From NCBI GenBank assembly GCA_026936335.1, contig JAPMXV010000060.1, positions 186,001-250,000 of the forward strand: a stretch of DNA of 64,000 nt, read 5' to 3'. Shown here piece by piece: positions 55,479 to 64,000 of this stretch. Below the pieces are notes generated by a model, which was not told the DNA's origin, ran no database searches, and saw only the letters and a list, made by a program, of their open reading frames with translations. The DNA comes from Mantamonas sphyraenae STR306 (taxonomy: Eukaryota; Protista; CRuMs). The position numbers were made by a program, and so were the translations under genes. Every line of letters starts with the position of its first letter. Position 1 is the first letter of the stretch.

Positions 55479-58460
55479 TCAGTATTCCACAGGGTTGCAC
55501 TCCACTCGCTTGCCTATGGCAACGACACGCACACGCGCATCCACCTCCATGGGCAGGCCAGTCCAGAGGACAAAGTTTGCCTTGTCGCCCACCTGCACAC
55601 GCCCCATGCCAGTGTCACTGAGGGCAAAGGCATCGGCCACTCGCGATGTGACGGCAGCCAGGGCGTTCCATGCACCCGTGCTGCCCTGGCGATCGTAAAG
55701 GCCACTGAGAGCGGCATCCCAACGCAGTTGACGCACGGTTTCGCTTTCGCGGCTGCCAATGGCCACGCCAGTGATGCCTCCGTCTTGCAACAGCTTGGGT
55801 GACGCCGGGGTGGCACGTGCGGTGTCAAAGTGCTCGGGAATGGCGCGTGCAGGCGACACCACCACCTTGACGCCGGTCTGGTTCAACGCACGCACCGCAC
55901 GGTAGGCCTCTGCTGCGCCAAAGAGCACCACGTTGGCGTTGGGAAAGGTGCGTGCAAGTGTGGCCACTGCTCCACAGTCGTCTGCCTGGTGCGCGTGCAC
56001 CACCAGAGGAAGTGCGCCCGTTGCTGCCTTTGCAAAGATCGAGCCTTGCGTGGCGTTTGTCAGAAGCGCACGCAGCAGGGCCATCTGTCCGCTCACACTG
56101 TTGGTGTGGCCTCCTTGCTTGGCAGGGTTGCCCAGGGTGACGTGCAGGGCCACCGAGTCGCGCACGCTGACGTCCTCAATCACACTCAAATCCGTTTCGC
56201 CCAGCGTCAGCCACGCCACACTCTGGCCACGCACAAGTGCATCCGACATCGGGTACGACACCACTCCGGTCACACCCATCTGCCATGCGCTGCGCACGTG
56301 TCGCGAGTTGATCCAACGCACGCCGTCACGTGCACGAACATCTGCGTTCAACGCATTGCTGCCATAGCTGCCGCCCACCGTGCCATCGTGTGTCGTCGAC
56401 TCGGCGTCCACCTTGCTCTGACCCAGAATCGTGCCGCTGGTAATCAGTCCGGGCGTCACCACACCTCCCGTCGTTGTGTACACCGGTGCCCCGTTGGGTG
56501 CCGCACACGCCGCCGTCGTGCCCATGCACGTGATGACCCCATCCGTCACCACAATGCGTTGGTTTGCCAAGGGTGCACTTGCGCCCGCTTGCATCGTGTA
56601 CACGCTGCTTGCCTCCACAACATACGTTCCCGGCGTGTTGCTGTCCGAGCACGCTGTCGTCGGCGTTGTGGTGAGGCCCGCCGGATTGGTGTCCGGGTTT
56701 GCCATGTTTTCTGCTGCCAGCTGGTTGTTCACCATCAACTGCCCCTCCACGTACACCCGATCAGGAGTGGCACCCACACGCAGCGGATTGCGATCCCACA
56801 CCACCACATCGGCATCCATGCCCACACCCACGCTGCCCACACGGTGGTTCAGACGCATCAGGGTTGCAGGCACAGACGTCACCGCACGGAACGCATCCTG
56901 TGCGCCCAGTCCGTAGTAGTGAGCCTTTTGCGCCTCGTACAGCAGCTCCTTTGCGTTCAGCACGGGGTGGTCGCTCTTCAACGCCGTCTTGACACCGGCA
57001 TCCACCAGGATCTTGGGTGCTCGCGTGGATCCGTCGTACGCCTCCATCTTGTAGCCCCACAAGTCGGCAAAGGTGGACACACCCACGCCTGCACGTGCAA
57101 TCTTGTCCGCAATCTTCCAGGCCTCCAATCCGTGGTGGAATGCCGTCACGTTGAACTGAAACTCATCCATCATGCGCAGCATCATCTGCAGGTCATTCAC
57201 TTCGTAGCAGTGGACGTTGAGGACGGCGTAGCCGTTGAGCATGTCCACGAGCGGCTGCAGCGCAAGATCTTCTGGCTTGTCGCTGTCGTCCGCAGACGCA
57301 CACCACTTGGCCTGAGCACGCTGCAGCTTCTGTGCACGTGCAAGCTCCTGTCGCATCAGCCAGCCGATTCCCAGGCGTGTCGAGGGCATGCGGTATCCCA
57401 GGCTCTCATACACGCGCATCGGGTTCTCGCCGCAGGCCATCTTCAGCAGCGGAGGCGCATCTGCAATCAGCACATCTTCCATGTGCACGCCACGTCGCAT
57501 CTTGATCATCATTCCCTGTCCACCCATGATGTTGCCACTGCCCGGGATGACCTGGGATGTGGTCACTCCACCCGAGAGGATGTCTGCCACCCCCTGGTCT
57601 TCGGGGTCAAACGCATCAATGGCTCGCAGTTGAGGCTGGATGGCTCCTGCAATCGTCAGTTCGTTGGTGTTTTCGTGTGCCCGTCCAGCTGGGAATTCGT
57701 CCAGGCCCACGTGCGAGTGCATGTCCACCAGACCCGGCGTCACGATGCGCCCTGCCACGTTCACCACTGTGGCTCCAGCAGGTGCGGTGATTCCTGTCAC
57801 GTTGCACAACGTGTTGCATGACCCGTGTGCGATGTGCGTGGTCAGTCATGTGTCCTGGAGCAACCACACACACACACACACACAAAAGAACTGCCTTTCC
57901 GGCCTCCCACAATTCAGCCCTTTCTCCCTCCTTGGTGACCTCTCAACACGTTGCTTCCCTTCTTCTCTCCCTCCTTCGCCCCTCCCCCTCCCCCCACTCC
58001 CCACACACATTCTCTCCCTCTCACCTTGGCCCATCTGGGTGATGCGTCCGTTCTCCAGCAGGACGTCTGTGTTTGTCAACACGTTGCCGAGGCCGTCCCA
58101 CACTGTGCCACCCTGCAGCAGCACAGGTGTGTGCGCTTTGTACGTGACAGTTGGCTTCGGTGTCGGTGTGCATCGCCATGGTGCGGGTGTCGGCGTCGGG
58201 TTGCTGCCAGGCCCGTCCGACGGCTGCTTGCCTTCGTCGTCGCTGGCCACAGGATGCTGCTTGGCACTGTCTGCAATGGCAATGCCCACAAAAATGAGGC
58301 CCACCAGCACCAAAAACACAAGAATGAATGCCAGAATTTGGCGTCGCGGCTGTCGCAGGCCCAGGAAACCACCGTTCAGCCCGCCTTCGCCGTCCTCGTC
58401 GCCCTCCACGCCGTACGACGTACGGTTGCCTCCCACCAGTGAAATGTTTTCGTTGGACAT
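55479..58460 (-). CDS. Membrane-anchored tandem amidohydrolase (metal-dependent hydrolase composite), 2 exons
   Basis: N-terminal TM and VLLENGRITQMG, then VTPGLVDMHSHVG, KMACGENP, VHCYE, FHHGLEAW, LKSDHPV and GMDADVVVWD. The second domain lacks HxH. Intron at about 58025-57790. Confidence 0.85.
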
Positions 58461-58657
58461 GTCCCGTCAATTGATTGGTTGGGGCTGGTTGGAGTTGGCT
58501 TGGTGCCCGCCTCGCCGCTGGGCCAGGCAATCCAAGCACAGAGAGATGAGCAGCGGCTCTCTACGACGGTCGTCACGACGCGCTGCAGACAACCATGCAC
58601 TGAAAACACTGGTGGACACTGTGTCCACACGCACACGCACCTCTGACATGAAAAGCC

Positions 58658-60610
58658 ATGGCTATGGCAGTGGAGGCAGCCATGCCAAACCCGTGGCCGA
58701 AACGCCAACAAGCAGCAGTCGCAGCACTTCGTCCAGGAGAAGGAGCAGCCAGCAGCAGCTCCACATCTGCCTCGGGCGGCTCAGGGACGCGCAAGAAGCG
58801 CCGCAAGCGTCGTGTGAATGATCCCAGGCCCAAGGGTACGTGTGTGGATGTGCATGGGACGCAGGAACACGCCGAGTGAAAAGGGGGGGTGCGCGCGATT
58901 TTTTTGGCGCCAAAAATCCCCGCGCCACAGGCCTTCGGGTATGGGACTGACGCAGACGGACACACAGGGCCGCAAAACGCATTCAACTATTGGTCGGCCA
59001 CCCAACGCGGGGCATTTGTGGCTGCACACGATTGGATGAGTGCGGCAGAGGTGAACAAGGCGCTCGGGGAAGAGTGGGCGTCGCTTGATCACAAAACCAA
59101 AGCCCCGTTTGTGGAAAAGGCCCAACGGGACAGGCTGCGTTACGAACGCGAAATGGAGCAGTTTATGAGTGCGCGTCAGCTGAGCGAGGCAAACAACCTG
59201 GCGAGCACGGTGGCGCAGCCCACGGCGGGGCGAACGAAACGCAAGCGGCTGGAGTTTGACCAGGCGCAGGGGAGCGACACACGGCAGGCAGGGACCAGGA
59301 GAGGGGTAGCTGGGGCCCAAGATGGGTTTGTTGTCACCGGAGGCACGGTGGGGCCAACGCAGATGGGAATGGAAGCGGACGTGGAGGCAGAAACAGAGGT
59401 GCACGATAGCAAACGGCAGCGGATGTCGGCGGTGGTAGACTTTCACGATGTCGAAGTGCTGCGCGGCGTGAGTACAGACATGCTTCTGCACGTGTTCTGG
59501 TTTGACCACGAGGCGTGGGTGCCACACAAGGAGTGGCAGCCTGCGGCGACGTATGTGGCGAGCAACACGTCTGTGTGGAAGCACGGCGAACAGGGCACGG
59601 CGGCACAGGCGGGCAACTCATTGTGCTACCGTGCCACCATGGTCATGCGTGTGCCTGTACCCCAGGCCGAGGTGCTTCTGGGCGACCTGGCACAGCGGCA
59701 GGCGTGGGATGAGCATGCACATGGGTGGCACAACGAGACGGAAGAGACCACGCTCCTCAAAGGACCCAGCGCGGCCGAGTTTGTGTCGCCGTTGAAGAGC
59801 ATCAATCCCAGGCATCGCACAGGCTCCTTGTACGAGAGCAAGAATGCCACCTGCCGTGTGGACAGCATGCAGCTGCAACTGGGCGACGACGTGGTACGTG
59901 CACCCTACATCCGTGTCATGGCACATGTGCCACGAAGGGCCAAAAAGGCCACCGTGCTGATTGAGCGCATGGTGGACGAACGCGTGGCACACCATCGCAC
60001 TTGGATCATTTCCTCTGTCAAGGGCAAACCGCACATGTCACGCATCTCCCTGGTGGAACACATCCAGTGGGACACGGCCGTCCTGCAGCAGCTCCATGCA
60101 CACGACGACGCGGCAGCCTGCCATGCCCTGTGTTTGGACATGGCACGGCAGCTGGAACACCTTCAGGTCCATGTGCAGAAGCAAGAACGCGACGCCGAGG
60201 AGATGGCCATGCGACGCACGGGCCTTCTTCAAGACGAACCGGGCACTCCGTCTTCCTCGCGCAAGCTGTTTGACGACGAGGATGGACAACAACAGCAGCA
60301 GCAGCAGCAGCAGCAGCAGTCGCAAGGAGCCAAGGGTGCAACAAAGGGCAGGGTGGGACGCGCCAACGCTCAGAGCAAGCAGGGCCAAGACGATGATGAC
60401 ACGACGCCATTCCAACCACCGCGTGTGGGATGGCAGCATTACGATGACGATGACGATGGTGACGACGAGCATGGGTTGACAACCACGCCCAGTGCAAACG
60501 CACGCCTCTTGCCCAGGGTGCCCCAACATCCTTCCAACAACGCAAGCTTCTCGGCGTTGCAAACCCTTAGCAACGTGGCCACCATCTTTCTCGGTTCCGG
60601 CCAGCAGTGA
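58658..60610 (+). CDS. HMG-box protein with a C-terminal START-like domain, 2 exons
   Basis: An intron at about 58837-58967 gives DPRPKGPQNAFNYW..EVNKALGEEWASL..KAPFVEKAQRDRLRYEREM (HMG box). YRATMVMRVP..LLGDLAQRQAWDEH is START-like. Confidence 0.75.
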
Positions 60611-60699
60611 TCGACGGCTACACTGTGTCTGTGTGTGTGTGTGGGCGTGGGATGTGCGATCGCTCAAACAACAAAACCAGCGAATTCAATTCATTGTCG

Positions 60700-61542
60700 A
60701 TGTCGGTTTCGGACGAAACACAACAAACCCAGGGCGAGGCTCTGCTTGCCGACCTGGGCTACTGTTTCAAGAATGGCAAGATGGTGCAGATCAAGGACAA
60801 CGCCAAAGGGTTCCAATGGGTCGACCAGAAGAACTACGACGCGCTGGGCGATGCCATGGTCGTGTACGTCCAGGAGCGGCTCACGAGTCAGTTTGCGCTG
60901 GAGGAACGCATCATGCCCGACGGAAAGACAAACATCTTCCACAGCCCGGGCGTGGAAAAGGCCGCCAAAGTGATGCTCATCATGCAGGGAAGCGGGGCAG
61001 TGCGTGCGGGCATGTGGTCGCTCAAGTTGTGCGGGCAAAGCGACTCGCTGGAAAACGGCACCGTGTTCTCCTACATCCGCAAGGCCACAGACATGGGCTA
61101 CGATGTCATTGTCACCAACCCCAACTTTGGCGAAACGTCGCCCACCAAACACACCGTCAGCGTGTTTGACGAGCTGCTCGACGGAAACGAAAACCTGGAA
61201 TCGCTCCTCATTGTCGCCCACAGCTACGGAGGCATTTGCACATGTGCCCTCCTGCAGCAACGGTGGGACAAGCTCAAGGGTGTCCTCCACGCCGTTGCCC
61301 TCACCGATGCTGTCCACGGCAGCAGCCACGTGGAGGCCATGGCTGACGACGCGCAGCAATTCCTCGCCGACCACGGCTGCAACTGGGTTGCCTCTGAGCT
61401 GCAGCTGGGCAAACTCGTACTGCCTGTTACAAGTCCCTATGCACGCGGCACCCGCCAGCTCTCTGCTGGCACCACCGACCACATCTGGACGTCGCCTGTT
61501 GCCTGCGACGCAGTCTTTGAGTTTTTCGAACAGGAGCTGTGA
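60700..61542 (+). CDS. FAM172A: FAM172/Arb2-domain alpha/beta-hydrolase-fold protein
   Basis: Motifs LGYCF, YDALG, MQGSGAVRAGMW, TNPN, VAHSYGG, ALTDAVH, NWVAS and SAGTTDH..TS. Confidence 0.88.
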   Translation: MSVSDETQQTQGEALLADLGYCFKNGKMVQIKDNAKGFQWVDQKNYDALGDAMVVYVQERLTSQFALEERIMPDGKTNIFHSPGVEKAAKVMLIMQGSGAVRAGMWSLKLCGQSDSLENGTVFSYIRKATDMGYDVIVTNPNFGETSPTKHTVSVFDELLDGNENLESLLIVAHSYGGICTCALLQQRWDKLKGVLHAVALTDAVHGSSHVEAMADDAQQFLADHGCNWVASELQLGKLVLPVTSPYARGTRQLSAGTTDHIWTSPVACDAVFEFFEQEL

Positions 61543-61618
61543 GACACACACTGCAGTGCAGTCGAATTCATTGGTCATTCCTTTCAGCGAAGCAATCCTT
61601 CTTGCTGCTGGTCATCAC

Positions 61619-64000
61619 TCACTCATCCACACTGCTTTCTTGTGGCACCATGGCAGCCACGGCATCCTCGTCGCCGTCTCCTTCTGAGGAAGCAAGCGCC
61701 TCCCACACATCCGGCACGGCGCTGCCTTCCTCTGCAGTCACATACTCTTCAAACGAACTGACGGCGTCGTCGAGGTCCACGCCAGCTTTGAAGCCGCCAA
61801 CGCGTGCTGCGCTGCTTGCGCCGTCGCCGCTGCTTTCGCTGGCGAGCACATCAAATGCACTGACAGTGGTCAGGGAGCTCGAGGCGCCCACAGGCACACC
61901 CACTCCCATGGAATCAGAGGCCTCGTCGCCCCACGAGTCGTCCTCGTCGAGCACCGTGACACGGCGGTTCTTCTTCTTGCGGTTGCTTGCCGGGATGCCC
62001 GTGGAGGAGACGTTGGGCACAAAGTCTTCCGGGGCCGAGTTGTGCTCAAACAATTCCACTTTGAAGGGCGACTTGTGCATGAGCTTGTAGCCCTCCATCA
62101 TCTCGCCGGGGGACGGGAAGCGGATCAAAGCGTTGTTGTCGTCCAGCCACTGCACCTTAAAGTCGTGGCCCAACAGGTACACCACCAGGTCGCGCGTCAC
62201 CACATCTTTGCTCAGATTGCTCACGTGTACGGCGTACGTGAGCACGGGTGGCGGGTGTTCCCCGCTGGCGCTGCTCTCCTCATCGGCAAGCATGTTCACC
62301 GGCGGCGGCATGGCTTTGGACAGCATGTACTTGGGCACGATGGAGTTGCTGTTCTTCTGTACCTTGACACGTCGCTTGGGTTCCGTGTCAAACGCCACCG
62401 AACCCAGGCCCCAGTACTTGCTGAGTTCGTGGATCACTCGGCGTTGGTCGCGCGTCATCGGATCAAACTCCAGGCTCGTTTCCAGTTTCTCCATGGCAAA
62501 GGCACGCAGGCGGGTCTCCACAAACAGCAGAAACGCGTAGTGGTAGCGCAGCGTGTTCTCCAGAAACTCGTTGTTGCCGTAGTACTTCATGATCTTCTCG
62601 TCCACGCCCATGCGCATGCGTTCCGGTTCAATGTTCAGCGACTGCTGGTCGATGCCCAACGCCTGCGCCATGACTTGGTTGCGCTGTTCGCGTGCACACT
62701 CCTCATCGCACTCCAACGTGCCCTCGGAACAGGGCACGTCCTCGGTCCTGCGTTCGCACACACAACTGCGACGCACAGGCACCATACAAGGCGTGTCGGG
62801 ACACGACTGTGACGTTGGATGACACGTCTCCTGGCACCCGTGTTCGCAGTCGCTGCGTGGCCGCAAACAGGGCTGGCCGCACGAGTCGCCTGGGGCAAAG
62901 GCATCGCTCGCCTGACAGGCGCCCCCGTGGCAGCTCTGCGTGCACTTGTGCTCACCGCACGACAGTGTGTTGCCACACGGCTTGCCACACGACACTTCCT
63001 TCACGTGGCAGGGCACCTTGATTTTGCGTCCATGGCCACCCACGCAGAACCGCTTGATGGGCACCACGCACGGCGGGCATGGCACGTCGTCGTCGTGACA
63101 CGGATGGTCCACAGGCGCATGGCCACACGGGTGAACGCGGATGCACTTGAACTGGCAGGCCACACTTGTCACGTTGCATGGGAGGGGCGGGTACAGCGTG
63201 GTGCGTCCGCAATGGCACGTCATCTCGTGGAAGGTGGCATGCGGACACGGCGGACAGTAGCCCTGATGACACGTTTGTTCGCAGCGATGGTTGCCACACT
63301 GCAGCCGCTTGTTGCAGGGCAACGGGCAGGTGTGCTGCGACGACGACGCAGGACAACACACCGTGTTGCATTGATGCCTGCCACACGAGCGAAGTTCCTG
63401 GCAGCGACGCTGGCACAACACTTGGTGTGTGGCGCCGCCTGCGTGAAGCTCGGCACACAGAACATGCTGCATCGTGGCCTTGCACCTGCATGGCATCTCC
63501 ACCTCTGCTTCGCACGGCCCACACGGACCCTCGTGGCATGGTTGCGTGCACGCGTGGATGCCACACGCAAGAACCTTGCTGCAAGCCTTGTCACATGTGG
63601 GCAGAGGGTCTGTGCAGCTGGACCGCTGCGCAGGCGCAGGATCCAAAGCCTGCAGCTGCGTCTGGCCACACGCACACGTTTGCCACCGGTCCGGGGTCAG
63701 GGCACAGGGTTCACATTCACCCGGATGACACGTGCGGGTGCATGCATGGTTGCCACAGTCGAGAGTGCGTGCGCAGGGGTCGTCGCAAGAAAAGACACCC
63801 TGCGATACGCCGCTCTCGTCCACCTTGGCCGACCCACAGGGACGACACTTGGCCTCCACCTTGCCACAGTAGCAATCATGGGTCTCTGTCACTTGGCAGG
63901 GCTGGCAGGGGCCTGCGTGACACGGTTGTTCGCAGCTGTGGTTGCCACATCCCAACGGCCGCCCGCACGTTTGGTTGCAGGAACGTCCTTGGAACGGTTC
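61619..64000 (-). CDS. NFX1: NF-X1 zinc-finger protein with R3H domain, 5' end outside the window
   Basis: Repeated CGxHxCxxxCHxGxCxPC fingers, LECDEECAREQRNQVMAQAL, and R3H FDPMTRDQRRVIHELSKYWGL..DTEPKRRV. Confidence 0.92.
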   Translation of the reverse strand, partial: EPFQGRSCNQTCGRPLGCGNHSCEQPCHAGPCQPCQVTETHDCYCGKVEAKCRPCGSAKVDESGVSQGVFSCDDPCARTLDCGNHACTRTCHPGECEPCALTPDRWQTCACGQTQLQALDPAPAQRSSCTDPLPTCDKACSKVLACGIHACTQPCHEGPCGPCEAEVEMPCRCKATMQHVLCAELHAGGATHQVLCQRRCQELRSCGRHQCNTVCCPASSSQHTCPLPCNKRLQCGNHRCEQTCHQGYCPPCPHATFHEMTCHCGRTTLYPPLPCNVTSVACQFKCIRVHPCGHAPVDHPCHDDDVPCPPCVVPIKRFCVGGHGRKIKVPCHVKEVSCGKPCGNTLSCGEHKCTQSCHGGACQASDAFAPGDSCGQPCLRPRSDCEHGCQETCHPTSQSCPDTPCMVPVRRSCVCERRTEDVPCSEGTLECDEECAREQRNQVMAQALGIDQQSLNIEPERMRMGVDEKIMKYYGNNEFLENTLRYHYAFLLFVETRLRAFAMEKLETSLEFDPMTRDQRRVIHELSKYWGLGSVAFDTEPKRRVKVQKNSNSIVPKYMLSKAMPPPVNMLADEESSASGEHPPPVLTYAVHVSNLSKDVVTRDLVVYLLGHDFKVQWLDDNNALIRFPSPGEMMEGYKLMHKSPFKVELFEHNSAPEDFVPNVSSTGIPASNRKKKNRRVTVLDEDDSWGDEASDSMGVGVPVGASSSLTTVSAFDVLASESSGDGASSAARVGGFKAGVDLDDAVSSFEEYVTAEEGSAVPDVWEALASSEGDGDEDAVAAMVPQESSVDE

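Noticed and set aside
50058-58460. Run of membrane or secretory genes (KDEL protein, GRL, ANTXR-like, XK-like, amidohydrolase) as a functional cluster
   Set aside because: Orientation is mixed, no shared motif or pathway is evident, and adjacency is expected by chance in such a dense genome.
1500-60320. Numerous CAG/CTG, GAG, CAC and AAC trinucleotide runs giving poly-Q/S/T/G/N (and poly-C/L/A in shadow frames)
   Set aside because: These are ordinary slippage microsatellites in disordered linkers. They explain many spurious ORF-track entries.
1-64000. Alternative genetic code or stop-codon reassignment
   Set aside because: Conserved proteins (CK1, NRS/ER, FAM172, NFX1, mucolipin) translate cleanly with the standard code, and all three stop codons end genes.

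Overview
Eukaryotic nuclear DNA, about 60% GC and extremely gene-dense: about 30 protein genes in 64 kb, short GT-AG introns, and intergenic gaps often under 100 bp. The source is most plausibly a flagellated unicellular eukaryote, but I cannot name it. Gene models were read by hand by joining ORFs across splice sites. Family calls come from remembered motifs, not from database searches. Housekeeping-type genes: NOL7/Bud21-like, KH-domain protein, TTC16-like TPR protein, mucolipin, SCY1-like pseudokinase, PH-RhoGAP, casein kinase 1, reticulon, NRS/ER rhamnose enzyme, double hot-dog thioesterase, XK-like protein, amidohydrolase, FAM172/Arb2-like protein and NFX1. Most unusual items: (1) a secreted precursor with an acidic pro-piece and an 802-aa Arg/Tyr/Asn/His-rich mature part containing no Glu, two GDPH-VWD-like modules and Cys-pair repeats; (2) a full-architecture anthrax-toxin-receptor (ANTXR)-like gene; (3) a tandem trio of LRR-ankyrin-F-box-like genes with shuffled 84-bp LRR modules; (4) an MJ0619/Tes-family radical-SAM homolog lacking CX3CX2C; (5) a degenerate DNAH6-like dynein interrupted by five same-direction frame breaks; (6) a gustatory-receptor-like 7TM protein and an HMG-START fusion; (7) a candidate AATGAA 3'-end signal that often overlaps TGA stops. 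No rRNA, tRNA, CRISPR array or transposase was seen.
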